A stretch of DNA of 45,711 nt from Alphaproteobacteria bacterium (GCA_017507765.1 JAFWAG010000033.1:1-45711), one strand, 5' to 3'. Shown: positions 8,275 to 19,409, counted from the first letter of the stretch. Translations and numbers: made by a program. The notes: generated from the letters alone by a model not told the origin.

Positions 8275-10044
8275 TTACGTGTAAAGCTCGCTAAGGATTT
8301 TTGCTTTTTCCGCTTGCAGGGCGCTGAAACGCTCCCAAAGCTCCGGCGGCGGTTCGTTAAGGCAGTCGGAAAGCAAAGCGGCGGTTGCTTCCAATTCTTC
8401 GCTGATTGCTTTTAATTGCAAAGAACGGAAACGCTCTTGCATTTCTTCTTCGATGTCGGCGGGGAAACGCTCTTTCCGCATAAGCATTTCCAGTTCGGGA
8501 AGAATGGGTTTTAACGATTTGCCTTTAGCAGTTAAAAGGTCTTGCAAGCTTTCGGCGGTGATGTCCGGATTGGCCATAATCTCTGTGCCGGCAATGGATA
8601 CCATTTCTTCAATATCTTTATCCGCAAATCTGACCGTCATATAAGCGTCAAGCCACTTTTCCATAAGGTTCGGATAGGATAGCAAATATGCCAAAAGCAT
8701 TTTGCCTTCGTCTCTGCCGGGGCGGCATTCCGGAAGCTTTACTTTTGCCGGTGTTTTTTTGCCGTCTTTGCGTTTTGCCGAGGCGGAGGTTATATCCCAA
8801 AGCTTTTGCCGTAGTTCCCGACGGTAATAATTTTGTACCGAAGGGTCGGCAATCTTGCTGACCGTATCTTCCACACTTTTTTCCAAAGCGGCTTTGCGCT
8901 CCGGAGTCGTAATGGCTTTACCACGGATAAGATTTTCCCATATCAGCCAGACAAGCGGTTGGCTTTCCGAAAGTTGCTCGGAAAAGCTTTTGGTGCCGAA
9001 AGTTTGCAGGTATTCGTCCGGGTCAAGCTTGTCCGGAAGGAAAATAAACCGCAAAGAAAAGCCGGGCTTTAATATCGGTAAGGCTCTTTCGGCGGCTCGC
9101 ATTGCGGCACGCTGACCGGCTTCGTCGCCGTCAAAGCAAACTATCGGTTCGGGAACAATCTTCCAAAGGGCTTGAATCTGTATTTCCGTCAAGGCGGTGC
9201 CAAGAGGGGCTACCGCAAACGGAAAGCCCGCTTTGTGCAGGGCTATGACGTCCATATAGCCTTCAACCAATAACAAAGTCTGTTGTTCACGGGCGGGAAC
9301 GGACGCTCTGGTCAAAGCGTAAAGGACTTCGCCTTTGTGGAATAAATCCGTGTCCGGAGAGTTTAAATATTTCGGTTCGGCGTCTTTCATAACCCTGCCG
9401 CCAAAAGCGATAATCCTGCCTCGCTTATCCGCAATCGGAAACATTACCCTGTCCCGAAAGTAGTCGTATGAATCTCTGCCGTCTCTGCCCGGTGAAACCA
9501 GTCCGGCGGCAAACATTTGTTCTTCGGGAATGCCTTTTTGTTGCAGTTCCGCTTTTAAGGTGTTGCCGGTGCCGGCATAACCCAAACGGAAGTTCGCTAT
9601 GTCGGTATCGGAAAGCCCACGTCCCCGAAGGTATTGCAAGGCTTCTTTGCCCGCCGGAGAATGAAGTTGCTTTTCATAAAAGGCGCAGGCAGATTCAATT
9701 ACTTCATGCAGAGTTGCCCGCTTTTTTTCCTTTTCCCGTTCTGCCGGAGAGCTTTTCGGTACTTCCATGCCGACTTTGGCGGCAAGCTTTTCTACGGCCT
9801 CGGGAAAGGAAATCCCGTCGGTCGCCATGACAAAAGAAAAAATGTCTCCGTGGGCGCCGCAACCAAAACAATGGTAAAAACCTTTGTCGTCGCTGACCGA
9901 AAATGACGGAGTCTTTTCTTTGTGGAAGGGACAGAGTCCGGTGTAATCTCTGCCACGATGCGTAAGCTTTACCCGTCTGCCGACATCCTCGGTCAAGGAA
10001 AGACGGGATTTTAATTCTTCCATAAAGCGTACCGGATAAGGCAT
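8275..10044 (-). CDS. dnaG: DNA primase
   Basis: CPFHKEKTPSF..CFGCG zinc finger, FGGR, KYLNSP, EGYMDVI and FDGDEAG TOPRIM motifs. Confidence 0.98.
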   Translation of the reverse strand: MPYPVRFMEELKSRLSLTEDVGRRVKLTHRGRDYTGLCPFHKEKTPSFSVSDDKGFYHCFGCGAHGDIFSFVMATDGISFPEAVEKLAAKVGMEVPKSSPAEREKEKKRATLHEVIESACAFYEKQLHSPAGKEALQYLRGRGLSDTDIANFRLGYAGTGNTLKAELQQKGIPEEQMFAAGLVSPGRDGRDSYDYFRDRVMFPIADKRGRIIAFGGRVMKDAEPKYLNSPDTDLFHKGEVLYALTRASVPAREQQTLLLVEGYMDVIALHKAGFPFAVAPLGTALTEIQIQALWKIVPEPIVCFDGDEAGQRAAMRAAERALPILKPGFSLRFIFLPDKLDPDEYLQTFGTKSFSEQLSESQPLVWLIWENLIRGKAITTPERKAALEKSVEDTVSKIADPSVQNYYRRELRQKLWDITSASAKRKDGKKTPAKVKLPECRPGRDEGKMLLAYLLSYPNLMEKWLDAYMTVRFADKDIEEMVSIAGTEIMANPDITAESLQDLLTAKGKSLKPILPELEMLMRKERFPADIEEEMQERFRSLQLKAISEELEATAALLSDCLNEPPPELWERFSALQAEKAKILSELYT

Positions 10045-10045
10045 A

Positions 10046-10507
10046 TTATATCTGCGCTAACTGTTCTTTCACTTTTACCGAAGCTTGGGAAAAGTCAATC
10101 TGTCCGGCGTATTTTTCCCGTAAAAGAGCCATGACTTTGCCCATGTCTTTAAGTCCGACGGCTCCGGTGGCGGAAATCGCTTCGCTGATTGCGGAGGCGG
10201 TTTCGGCTTCTCCAAGCTGCTTCGGCATGAAAGTACGGATAATGTCTATTTCCGATTTTTCCGCTTCGGCAAGGTCAGAGCGGCCGCCTTTGGTGTACAT
10301 TTCTATGCTGTCATTGCGCTGCTTTATCATCGATTGCAAAAGAACCAAAATCTCTGCATCGCTTATGCCGTCAAGGTTGCCCGTACTGCGCGCGGCAATG
10401 TCTCTGTCCTTTATCGCAGCAATGATTAAGCGAATGGTCGATACTTTGTTGTCGGATTTTTCTATCATTGCGGTTTTTAAGGCATCACGCAAATCGTCTC
10501 TTAACAT
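10046..10507 (-). CDS. GatB/YqeY domain protein
   Basis: LK.AM......TIRLI, KQRNDSI..Y..GGR.DLA..E, KDMGKVM; usual neighbour of dnaG. Confidence 0.93.
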   Translation of the reverse strand: MLRDDLRDALKTAMIEKSDNKVSTIRLIIAAIKDRDIAARSTGNLDGISDAEILVLLQSMIKQRNDSIEMYTKGGRSDLAEAEKSEIDIIRTFMPKQLGEAETASAISEAISATGAVGLKDMGKVMALLREKYAGQIDFSQASVKVKEQLAQI

Positions 10508-10561
10508 AACAGTCTCCTTTTTCTTTATTACTTGTTCATAGGTATAGCATGAATGGCAAAG

Positions 10562-10595
10562 AAAAAACCACCCATAAAATTATGAGCGGTTTTTT
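10562..10595. terminator. Bidirectional terminator-like hairpin downstream of the FlaF-repeat gene
   Basis: aaaaaaccacccataa-aa-ttatgagcggtttttt. Confidence 0.55.
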
Positions 10596-10617
10596 ACTTT
10601 TATGCTTTGGTCGGCAA

Positions 10618-11607
10618 TTATGAAGCCTGCATACGTTCAAGCAATCCTTCGCATATCTGAAGGTTGGTGTTGATAAGCGTATCAAGCGTTTTGACATTCA
10701 TGCTGCCGTTGTATTCAAAAGTCTTTTGAGCCGTGAAATCAGCCAAAAGAATCAGATTGTCTTTGATGTCTTGCGGCATCGGATGAGAGGCTTTGGATAC
10801 CAAAGTCCGGATTTCTACCCACAGTTTCAAGTTGTCGTCTAAGGCAGAGACAAGCTCGCTGTCGTTACCCGAAGCTTTCGCATTCGAAAGCGTCATCGCC
10901 GATTTTAAAAGTGCAAAGGCGTCTTCTTCACCAATGGATAAAGGACGGCTTTCCAAAAGACCTTCCGCAATCTGAAGGTTCGTGTTGACTAAAGAATTAA
11001 TGGTAGCCGCATTGACTTCTTTGCTGAGTTCAAAAGTCTTTTTAATTACAAACTCTGACAAAGTGTTCAAGTTGTCTTTAATCGAGTCCGGAAGGTCGTT
11101 GTTCGGACTTTTAACCAAAGTCTTAATCGCTACCCATAGCTTTAGGTTGTTGTTTAATGCTTCGGACATCAATAAGGAATCATTCTTTTCTAAAGCTAAA
11201 GACAAAGCATAAGAAGACTTTATCAGGGCAAATGCATCTTCTTCCAAAGTGGAAAGCATGGCATTTTCCAAAAGACCTTCCGCAATCTGAAGATTGATGT
11301 TCATAAAGGTTTCCAGAATCTCTTCACTTTTGTTTTCCCCGTATTCAAAAGTCTTCTTGATTACAAAAGTGCTTAACTGAAGGAACTTTTCCTGTAAGTC
11401 GGAAGAAATAACCTTTTCTTTCTTCGCAACCAAGGTGCGAACCAAAACCCATAAGCGGAGGTTTTCGTCAAGAGCGGAAATCAAAGCTGCTTCATCAGAC
11501 ATTTCTTTTGCTCGGGAAATATCAGCCGCAGCTTGAATGAAAGCAAATGCGTCTTCTTCAGTTTGTGATAAAGGTAAGGTGCTTCCCATAAAATCCTCCA
11601 AATTCAT
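10618..11607 (-). CDS. Protein with three tandem FlaF (flagellin translation regulator) domains
   Basis: Three ~105-aa repeats EEDAFA..ALD.NL.LW....L..L..F..KKT....N.NLQI.EGL, matching the FlaF pattern AL..N..LW / L..IN..I..GL. Confidence 0.8.
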   Translation of the reverse strand: MNLEDFMGSTLPLSQTEEDAFAFIQAAADISRAKEMSDEAALISALDENLRLWVLVRTLVAKKEKVISSDLQEKFLQLSTFVIKKTFEYGENKSEEILETFMNINLQIAEGLLENAMLSTLEEDAFALIKSSYALSLALEKNDSLLMSEALNNNLKLWVAIKTLVKSPNNDLPDSIKDNLNTLSEFVIKKTFELSKEVNAATINSLVNTNLQIAEGLLESRPLSIGEEDAFALLKSAMTLSNAKASGNDSELVSALDDNLKLWVEIRTLVSKASHPMPQDIKDNLILLADFTAQKTFEYNGSMNVKTLDTLINTNLQICEGLLERMQAS

Positions 11608-11792
11608 TGTTGTTAAGGTTAAAAGTGTTTTGATGTTAACAAAAACCTATCCTATAAGAAAGCAAAAAAGATAAAAAATATCTATCCTTTATGCTTAAAA
11701 ATTGGTAACCTCAAACCATTCTGGCGTAAAAACGCCAAATGAAAGTTTTGTATGCACAATAACTTTTAAGATTTATCAAGGAGTACTGAATA

Positions 11793-12278
11793 ATGAAAAT
11801 GCGTATTTTAATGGCTTTAGCTTCGGTGGCTTTGGTTGCCGCTTGCGCCGAAACTCCCTCTGACAGCGACTTTGGCGTACAGGGTTCAACATATACCGCA
11901 AGCAACGGTGAGGAAATCGTTTACGGTTCCATGGAAGATTTTATGGAAAAAGCTCCGGATAGGGTTTTCTTTAACTTCGATAACTATTCTTTAAGTCCTG
12001 AAGCTATTGTTACTTTGAAGAAACAAGCAAAGTGGTTGGAAACTTATCCGGCGACAACCGTAATCATCGAAGGAAACTGCGATGAACGTGGTACCAGAGA
12101 ATATAACCTTGCTTTGGGTGAACGTCGTGCGAATGCCGTGAAAAATTATCTGGTTTCGCAAGGGATTAATCCGAACCGGATATCCGTAATCTCTTATGGT
12201 AAAGAACGTCCTGCGGTTATCGGTTCTACCGAAGAAGCTTGGGCTAAGAACCGTCGTGCGGTTACGGTTATTCAATAA
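11793..12278 (+). CDS. pal: Peptidoglycan-associated lipoprotein Pal
   Basis: Lipobox VAAC; EGNCDERGTREYNLALGERRA, SYGKERP, NRRA. Confidence 0.97.
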   Translation: MKMRILMALASVALVAACAETPSDSDFGVQGSTYTASNGEEIVYGSMEDFMEKAPDRVFFNFDNYSLSPEAIVTLKKQAKWLETYPATTVIIEGNCDERGTREYNLALGERRANAVKNYLVSQGINPNRISVISYGKERPAVIGSTEEAWAKNRRAVTVIQ

Positions 12279-12363
12279 TCAATAACGGTGAAAAGGCGTG
12301 GAGGTAAAAACCAAAGCGCCTTTTCTGTATCCTGATTTCGGCGGTTTTGCAAAAGGAGTGCCT

Positions 12364-13107
12364 ATGAAAATATCTGCTTTGCTTATGACGGGTATGGCTT
12401 TTTTGGCTGTGGTTATTGGTGCGGTTTCTCCGGCGGCGGCTGAAACGGAGGAATATAACTTGTCTGCTTCCGACCATATTGAAATTAAAATGGGTGAATT
12501 GGAAAAACAATTTGCCACTTTGACAAATGAAGTGGAAAGAATGAAGCATGAGATTGCAATCTTGACCCAAAAACAAGAACGCATGAATGCCGATATAGAA
12601 CTGCGCTTTAAAGAAATGGCAGCAAAAGCGGTGAAGGCGGAGGCTGCGCCTGTTCCTGCGGCTGCTTCGGTGCCTGTTTCGACTTCGGCGTCGGAAAAGC
12701 CCAAAGCTGCTACTTCGGGTTTGACGCCAAAACAGGAATATGATGCCGCTTATGATTTGTTGAAAAAGAATGATTTTGCCAATGCGGAAAAAGCTTTTGC
12801 CGCTTTTGTGAAAAAATATCCGAAAGAAAAACTTGCCGGAAATGCTCAGTATTGGTTGGGCGAAACCTATTATGTCAGGAAAAATTATGACAAGGCGGCG
12901 GTTGCTTTCGCCGAAGCGTATAAGAATTATCCCCAAAATTATAAGGCTCCCGATAATTTTTTAAAGCTTGGGCTGTCTATGCAAGAGCTTGGGAAAAAAG
13001 ACGAAGCGTGCGCCGTCTTTAAAAACTATGCGAAAGAATATCCCGAAGCTCCGGTGGCTTTCCGGCAAAGAGCCGAAAAAGAAGCAGGAAAAATCGGGTG
13101 CAAGTAA
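12364..13107 (+). CDS. cpoB: Tol-Pal system protein CpoB/YbgF
   Basis: Signal peptide, coiled coil and TPR (NAQYWLGETYY, KAPD..LKLG); follows pal. ATG at 12364 has SD aaggag. Confidence 0.92.
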   Translation: MKISALLMTGMAFLAVVIGAVSPAAAETEEYNLSASDHIEIKMGELEKQFATLTNEVERMKHEIAILTQKQERMNADIELRFKEMAAKAVKAEAAPVPAAASVPVSTSASEKPKAATSGLTPKQEYDAAYDLLKKNDFANAEKAFAAFVKKYPKEKLAGNAQYWLGETYYVRKNYDKAAVAFAEAYKNYPQNYKAPDNFLKLGLSMQELGKKDEACAVFKNYAKEYPEAPVAFRQRAEKEAGKIGCK

Positions 13108-14405
13108 AGCCTATAACGACAGAAGAGTTTGCTGAAGCTATGGAAGCTTTTGCTCCGTGGGAAGATAAGCCTTTATTCGCGGTGGCAGTATCCGGCGGTG
13201 CGGACAGTATCGCCTTATGCCGCTTGGCGGCTGATTATGCCGAGCAGGTCGGGGGAAAAGTCGTGGCTTTGACCGTTGACCATGGGTTGAGGCCGGAGTC
13301 TGCGGCGGAAGCTTTGCAAGTCGGGAAATGGCTGAAAGATTTAAATATCGCCCATCATATTTTAGTTTGGGAAGGCGAAAAGCCCACTTCCCGTATTGAA
13401 GAAATCGCCAGAGATGCCCGCTATAATCTGTTGCTTTCTTGGTGTCGGGATAACGGTTGTTTGCATCTTTTGCTGGCTCATAATCAAGGAGACCAAGCCG
13501 AAACATTCCTTTTGCGCTTGGCAAAGTCAAGCGGGGTTGACGGGTTGGCGGCTATGCCGGCGCAAAGCTTCCGAAGGGAAGTTGAGGTTTTGCGTCCTTT
13601 GCTCTCTTTCTCTCGGGAAAGAATAATTGCGACTAATCATGCGTATGGGCAAGAGTGGGTGGAAGACCCCTCGAATCAAAGCGAAGTTTTTCAACGGGTG
13701 AAGTGGCGGAAGTTTATGCCTGCTTTAAAGCCGTTGGGAATTACGGCGGACAGTGTTGCTCTGGCGGTGGCTAAACAAGCTGAAGTGAAAGATGTTCTGG
13801 CAAATATGATTGCCGATTTTGCCGCAAGTTCGGTTAAGATTTCTCCGCTTGGATATGCGGAAATTGCTTGGCAGGCCGCTTTGGATTTACAGGAAGAAAC
13901 GGCTTGCCGCTTGTTAAGCCATATCTTGATGACTATCGGCGGGGAAAAGTATCCGCCTCGGCGAGAGAAGGTGCTTCATTTATGGGAGTCTTTGCGGGAA
14001 GGAAAACAAAAATCCGGTCATACTCTTGCCGGTTGTAAAGTCATTTTACGGGAAAAAGATACTCAGCTTTTAATCGTGCGGGAAGTGGGAAAACTTCCCC
14101 CGCCTATGCCTTTATCGATAATGGAAGGCAAAGATTTATATTGGGATAGATTTAAGCTCTCCTTTGCCGGAGATATACCGGAAAATGCCGTTTTGGCTCC
14201 GCTTGGGAGAGGAAAAAAAGAGCTTTTTCCGGAAGTGCCGGCGGCTGCTTTGGTGTCTTTGCCGGCAATATTTGTGAAAGACACTCTTTTGCTTGTCCCG
14301 CATTTGGGATATAAAGATAAAACTGTAAAAACCGGAAATGCTCAGGTATGTTTTATGCCGGCTTTGCCTTTGACCGGAGCAGGCCATAAAAATAAAGGAA
14401 AATAA
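13098..14405 (+). CDS. tilS: tRNA(Ile)-lysidine synthetase
   Basis: [10 protein letters not shown]-loop, VDHGLR, AR.ARY, AH...DQAET, RPLL, EDPSN. Confidence 0.96.
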   Translation: MQVKPITTEEFAEAMEAFAPWEDKPLFAVAVSGGADSIALCRLAADYAEQVGGKVVALTVDHGLRPESAAEALQVGKWLKDLNIAHHILVWEGEKPTSRIEEIARDARYNLLLSWCRDNGCLHLLLAHNQGDQAETFLLRLAKSSGVDGLAAMPAQSFRREVEVLRPLLSFSRERIIATNHAYGQEWVEDPSNQSEVFQRVKWRKFMPALKPLGITADSVALAVAKQAEVKDVLANMIADFAASSVKISPLGYAEIAWQAALDLQEETACRLLSHILMTIGGEKYPPRREKVLHLWESLREGKQKSGHTLAGCKVILREKDTQLLIVREVGKLPPPMPLSIMEGKDLYWDRFKLSFAGDIPENAVLAPLGRGKKELFPEVPAAALVSLPAIFVKDTLLLVPHLGYKDKTVKTGNAQVCFMPALPLTGAGHKNKGK

Positions 14406-14415
14406 GAAGGTATAT

Positions 14416-16308
14416 ATGAAAAAAAATCTGATGATATGGGCTATTATTGCCGTCGTGTTAATGGTTCTGTTTAATCTGTTCTATGCTCCGCAAACCCAAA
14501 ACGTCGGAACAACAATTCCGTTTTCGGAGTTCATGGATAAAGTAACCTCCGATGCCGTGTCGGAAGTGAAGATTAAAGGCGAAAAGATTTTCGGAATGGG
14601 GACGGACGGAAAACAGTTTATTACGCTGGCTCCTTATGACCCTGAACTAATTCCTTCTTTGCGGGAACATAAAGTAAAAATATCGGTCTTGCCTTTGGAA
14701 GACGGGTCTTCGACTTTGTGGAGCATATTTATTTCTTGGTTCCCGATGATTCTGTTAATCGGGGTGTGGATTTTCTTTATGCGCCAAATGCAGGCCGGCG
14801 GCGGTAAAGCTATGAGCTTTGGTAAGTCTCGGGCTCGCATGATGGGCGATGCTCAGGGACGCATAACCTTTGAAGACGTTGCCGGAATTGATGAAGCTAA
14901 GCAAGAGTTGGAAGAAATCGTCGACTTTTTGAAAGACCCACAGAAGTTTCAGCGTTTGGGGGGTAAGATACCTAAAGGTGTGCTTTTGGTAGGTCCTCCG
15001 GGTACCGGTAAAACCTTGCTCGCCAGAGCGATTGCCGGCGAAGCTAATGTGCCGTTCTTCACTATTTCCGGTTCGGATTTCGTGGAAATGTTCGTGGGTG
15101 TCGGTGCTTCCCGAGTCCGTGATATGTTTGAACAAGGCAAAAAGCACGCTCCTTGTATCGTTTTTATTGATGAAATTGATGCCGTCGGGCGGCATCGTGG
15201 AGCCGGTTTGGGTGGCGGAAATGACGAAAGAGAGCAGACCTTGAACCAGCTTTTGGTGGAAATGGACGGCTTTGAGTCTAATTTGGGCGTAATCTTAATT
15301 GCGGCGACTAACCGTCCCGATGTCTTAGACCCTGCATTGCTGCGTCCGGGACGCTTTGATAGGCAGGTGGTTGTGCCTAATCCCGATATTGTCGGACGAG
15401 AAAAAATCTTGCGGGTACATATGAAAAAAGTTCCGTTGGCTTCTGATGTCGACCCGTCGGTGATTGCCAGAGGAACTCCGGGATTTTCCGGTGCGGATTT
15501 GGCTAATCTGGTTAACGAAGCCGCTTTGATGGCGGCTCGCCGGAATAAGCGAGTCGTTACAATGAGCGACTTGGAAGATGCCAAAGATAAAGTCATGATG
15601 GGCTCGGAACGCCGCTCTATGGTAATGGACGAAGCGGAAAAGAAAATGACCGCTTATCATGAAGCCGGTCATGCAATATGTAATTTGCATGAAGAGGAGT
15701 CAGACCCTATTCATAAAGCGACAATTATTCCCCGTGGGCAGGCTTTGGGTATGGTTATGCAATTACCGGAGCGAGACGTGCTTTCCCATTCTATTGCAAA
15801 GCTTAAAGCTCGGTTGGTGGTCGCTTTCGGCGGACGGGTGGCAGAAGAAATAATCTTTGGCAAAGATAAGATTTCTACCGGTGCTTCTTCGGATATTCGT
15901 ATGGCTACTTCAATTGCTCGCCGTATGGTTACCGAATTCGGTATGAGCGAAAAAATGGGCCCGATAGCGTATGAAGAGCCGGACGGAGAAGTCTTCCTCG
16001 GCTATTCTATGTCTAAACGCAAAAACATCGCTGATGAAACCGCTTTGAACGTGGATAAAGAAATCCAAAGAATTATTCAGGAAGCTTTGGACAGGGCTCG
16101 TTTTATCCTGACGGAAAACCGAAAAGAGCTGGAAACTTTGGCCGAAGGATTGATTGAGTATGAAACCCTTTCCGGTGCGGAAATTAAGGATTTGCTTAAA
16201 GGGCAAAAACCTCAAAGAAAGGATACAACTAATCCCGTACTTAAATCTTCAGTGCCGGAAACCGAAGCCGAAGATAAGCCAAAAGAAAATGATGAGGAGA
16301 AAAAATAA
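14416..16308 (+). CDS. ftsH: ATP-dependent zinc metalloprotease FtsH
   Basis: Two TM helices, [26 protein letters not shown]. Confidence 0.99.
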   Translation: MKKNLMIWAIIAVVLMVLFNLFYAPQTQNVGTTIPFSEFMDKVTSDAVSEVKIKGEKIFGMGTDGKQFITLAPYDPELIPSLREHKVKISVLPLEDGSSTLWSIFISWFPMILLIGVWIFFMRQMQAGGGKAMSFGKSRARMMGDAQGRITFEDVAGIDEAKQELEEIVDFLKDPQKFQRLGGKIPKGVLLVGPPGTGKTLLARAIAGEANVPFFTISGSDFVEMFVGVGASRVRDMFEQGKKHAPCIVFIDEIDAVGRHRGAGLGGGNDEREQTLNQLLVEMDGFESNLGVILIAATNRPDVLDPALLRPGRFDRQVVVPNPDIVGREKILRVHMKKVPLASDVDPSVIARGTPGFSGADLANLVNEAALMAARRNKRVVTMSDLEDAKDKVMMGSERRSMVMDEAEKKMTAYHEAGHAICNLHEEESDPIHKATIIPRGQALGMVMQLPERDVLSHSIAKLKARLVVAFGGRVAEEIIFGKDKISTGASSDIRMATSIARRMVTEFGMSEKMGPIAYEEPDGEVFLGYSMSKRKNIADETALNVDKEIQRIIQEALDRARFILTENRKELETLAEGLIEYETLSGAEIKDLLKGQKPQRKDTTNPVLKSSVPETEAEDKPKENDEEKK

Positions 16309-16309
16309 A

Positions 16310-17668
16310 ATGGCGGAAAGAAAGCTTTTTGGTACGGATGGAATCCGTGGGAAATCCAATACTTATCCCATGACAGCGGAAATGGCTTTGAAAGTCGGTA
16401 TTGCCGCCGGAAGCATTTTTAAAACCAATAAAAACCATAATCAGGTCATTATCGGCAAGGATACTCGTTTATCCGGATATATGTTGGAAAACGCTTTGGC
16501 AGCCGGATTTACCGCTGTGGGCATGAACGTTATTTTTGTCGGCCCTTTGCCTACGCCGGCGGTGGCTATGCTGACCCGTCATATGCGAGTCGATTTGGGC
16601 GTTATGATTTCTGCTTCCCATAATCCTTTTGACGATAACGGAATTAAGCTGTTTGCTCCGGACGGCTATAAACTTTCTGATGATACCGAAGCGCAAATCG
16701 AAGCGTATATGGAAAAAGATTTATCCGCTTTGTTGACCGGAGCAGAGGATATAGGGCAGGTGTCTCGATTGGAATCCGGTCGTGGGCGCTATATTGAATA
16801 TGTTAAAAGCTCTTTTCCAAAGGATTTGCGTTTGACCGGCAGAAAGATTGTCATCGATTGCGCTAATGGGGCGGCATATCGTACGGCTCCGTCAATTTTA
16901 TGGGAGCTTGGGGCGGAAGTCGTGCCTTTGTTTGTAAATCCGACTGGACGAAATATTAACGAAGATTGTGGAGCTTTGCACGTCGAGCGTATGTGCGAAG
17001 AAGTCGTAAAGCAAAAAGCCGATATAGGTATCGCCGTGGACGGAGACGCCGATAGAGTTATTATCTGTGATGAAAACGGTAAAGTCGTGGACGGAGACCA
17101 GATTATCGCCATGATTGCTCTGGAATGGAGTCGCTTGGGAATATTAAAAGGCAATGCGGCAGTGGCGACGATAATGTCTAATTTAGGTTTGGAGCTTTTC
17201 TTAAAAGAAAAGGGTTTAGACCTTATTCGTACCAAAGTTGGCGACCGCTATGTGGTGGAGGCTATGCGTAAAAACGGCTATAACCTTGGCGGGGAGCAGT
17301 CCGGACACATAATCCTTGGCGAACATTCAACAACCGGAGACGGTATGATGGCGGCTTTGCAGGTTCTGGCAGTGATGCAGAGAATGAATAAAAAAGCTAG
17401 TGAAGTTACGTCTATGTTTACTCCGCTGCCTCAGATGCTGAAAAACGTTCGCTTGGAGTCTCGAGATAAGGCAAAAGAAGTCTTGGAAATCGGAGCGGTT
17501 AAAGATGCTATAGTAACCGCGGAAAAAGCTTTGGGCGGTAAAGGGCGGATTGTTATCCGTACTTCCGGTACCGAGCCGTTAATCAGAGTTATGGCCGAAG
17601 GGCAGGATAAAGCCGAAATAGAAGCTTTGATTGATACGATTTGCGAGACTATCAGTAAAGCGGCGTAA
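16310..17668 (+). CDS. glmM: Phosphoglucosamine mutase
   Basis: [14 protein letters not shown] start at 16310; SASHNP, DGDADR, GGEQSGH, SGTEP. Confidence 0.97.
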   Translation: MAERKLFGTDGIRGKSNTYPMTAEMALKVGIAAGSIFKTNKNHNQVIIGKDTRLSGYMLENALAAGFTAVGMNVIFVGPLPTPAVAMLTRHMRVDLGVMISASHNPFDDNGIKLFAPDGYKLSDDTEAQIEAYMEKDLSALLTGAEDIGQVSRLESGRGRYIEYVKSSFPKDLRLTGRKIVIDCANGAAYRTAPSILWELGAEVVPLFVNPTGRNINEDCGALHVERMCEEVVKQKADIGIAVDGDADRVIICDENGKVVDGDQIIAMIALEWSRLGILKGNAAVATIMSNLGLELFLKEKGLDLIRTKVGDRYVVEAMRKNGYNLGGEQSGHIILGEHSTTGDGMMAALQVLAVMQRMNKKASEVTSMFTPLPQMLKNVRLESRDKAKEVLEIGAVKDAIVTAEKALGGKGRIVIRTSGTEPLIRVMAEGQDKAEIEALIDTICETISKAA

Positions 17669-17691
17669 CTTCGTTTTAAAAGGGAAAAAAC

Positions 17692-18597
17692 GTGTCTCTG
17701 GAAGGGTTGCAACAAGCTATAGAGGCGGCACAGCAAAATGTTATGGCTAATGCCGGAGGGCCTTTTGGCGCTTGTTTGACGCTTGCCGATAAAGCTTCTT
17801 TCGTCGGGGCAAATCATGTCGTGCCGGAGATTGATGTAACCTCTCATGCCGAAGTGAACGCTATCCGCAGTTTTATTAGGGATAAAGGTTATTCTTTCCT
17901 TGGGGCGGAAGAAAAAGCCGCTTTGTTCAGTTCTTGTGAATGTTGTCCAATGTGTATGGCTATGGCTTTGACTGTCGGGGTCAGCGAAATTGTCTATGCA
18001 AATACTCGTGAAGATGCCGATGCCATAGGATTTTCCGATAATATTCAGTATAAGTTCTTACGCAAAAATCCAACCGCAAAAATTATCTTTGCCGAAGAAG
18101 CCGAGGATATATTAAATCGAAATCAGGCGGACTTCTTAATCTTTGATGCTAATGATGATTTGATTACGGCTTCCCAAGACGGAGCGCCTGAGGATTTAGG
18201 CTTGGCTTCGGTTTCCGGAGTTCGGAAAGCTTGCCAGTCTCTGCAAAAGTTTTGGCTGCCGGAAGGGTTTTATATCGTGGCAAGAAAAATACCTCACCCT
18301 ATGGGGCTGGTGGCTGCCGATTGGGCAAAAGTCTTGCGGCCGGACGATGAGGCGGAAATCGTTCCTTATCAGCTGATTTGCGCTACCCATGATTATGAAA
18401 CGCCAATACTGACGGATAAAAACGGAAAGGCCTTGCCGCTCGATAATGCCGAAATGATTTATAATGTAATCGCCGGAAAGGAAAAACCGGCCGCTGTTAT
18501 CCGGCGTACCGAAGATAAGGAAATGCGCAAACAAGCTTTGGATACCTTTCACCTGTTTGCGCATAAAGTCCGAAATAATAACGCAGAAGCGTATTAA
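17692..18597 (+). CDS. Zinc-dependent nucleoside/guanine deaminase (GuaD-like) with a degenerate second deaminase domain
   Basis: GGPFGA, HAEVNAIR, SSCECCPMC and DADAIGFSD in the N-terminal half. Confidence 0.8.
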   Translation: MSLEGLQQAIEAAQQNVMANAGGPFGACLTLADKASFVGANHVVPEIDVTSHAEVNAIRSFIRDKGYSFLGAEEKAALFSSCECCPMCMAMALTVGVSEIVYANTREDADAIGFSDNIQYKFLRKNPTAKIIFAEEAEDILNRNQADFLIFDANDDLITASQDGAPEDLGLASVSGVRKACQSLQKFWLPEGFYIVARKIPHPMGLVAADWAKVLRPDDEAEIVPYQLICATHDYETPILTDKNGKALPLDNAEMIYNVIAGKEKPAAVIRRTEDKEMRKQALDTFHLFAHKVRNNNAEAY

Positions 18598-18599
18598 AT

Positions 18600-18971
18600 C
18601 TATTTCAAAAGATTGAAGATTATCGGGAACTTATATTCCTTATGATTCGATGCCGCATTGAAAGCAATGATGCAGATTATCAGGTTGAAAATGAATAAAA
18701 CGGACATTAATAAGCCGCCAAGTAAAGGAATAAGTCCTGCGACAAACCAGAAAATCAGAATGGTAAGTTCAAAGTTTAACATAGAAGTCATGAACTTGCG
18801 CGCATAAACCGAAACGGTGTCTTTCTTTAATATCCAGATAACCAAAGGAACAATAAAGCCAATGATACTGCCAAGGGTGCAGGCCGTAAGAAGATTCTTT
18901 TCTTCGGGATTTACTTCCTTGATTTCCGTTGTTTCGGTTGCTTCTGTTGCTTCGTTTACTTCATTCGTCAT
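18600..18971 (-). CDS. DUF4870-like small membrane protein
   Basis: PLVIWILKKD, LNFELT and YKFP pattern with three hydrophobic segments. Confidence 0.8.
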   Translation of the reverse strand: MTNEVNEATEATETTEIKEVNPEEKNLLTACTLGSIIGFIVPLVIWILKKDTVSVYARKFMTSMLNFELTILIFWFVAGLIPLLGGLLMSVLFIFNLIICIIAFNAASNHKEYKFPIIFNLLK

Positions 18972-19080
18972 GTTTTCCTCCGTTAATATGAGACATGGAT
19001 TAGTTATATTTATAGCAAAGATTGTTTTTTGTAAATGTTATCGAAATCTGAACAAGAAAAAAGGGAAGGGGGGGGGAAGT

Positions 19081-19392
19081 GTTGCGGGCTAGGTCGCCGA
19101 ACCTTGCCCCTCTCTGCTCGAGGGTCTGCACTTCTAACCCAATTGCCAATGCAATTATAAAAATACCACCCATAAAGGGGTGTGTTGTATTGAAGATTGG
19201 CGACTACTCAATTGTAAATCGGCGTTGCACGATTTATTCTTCGGGCGCTTGCCCTCAGAACCGTTCCGTTGGAACGTCGCGTCCGTCGCCCACGTTGCGG
19301 GCTAGGTCGCCGAACCTTGCCCCTCTCTGCTCGAGGGTCTGCAATTCCAACCCAATTGCCAATGCAATTATAAAAATACCACCCATAAAGGG
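19081..19392. repeat. Two 99-bp direct repeats (19081-19179, 19294-19392) downstream of tRNA-Val
   Basis: gttgcgggctaggtcgccgaaccttgcccctctctgctcgagggtctgca...cccataaaggg, with 2 mismatches. Period 213 bp. Confidence 0.92.
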
Positions 19393-19409
19393 TGGTATTT
19401 TTATAATTG
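19364..19409 (-). terminator. Hairpin immediately 3' of tRNA-Val
   Basis: caattataaaaataccaccc-ataaa-gggtggtatttttataattg, a perfect inverted repeat. Confidence 0.75.

Noticed and set aside
14634-15853. Long antisense or overlapping ORFs inside ftsH (likewise in lon, fliI, cpoB, rluB and the pilin gene)
   Set aside because: These are shadow frames of well-conserved genes, with no recognisable motifs or SD.
16154-16309. 52-aa N-terminal extension of GlmM
   Set aside because: It overlaps ftsH; the conserved GlmM start is ATG 16310.
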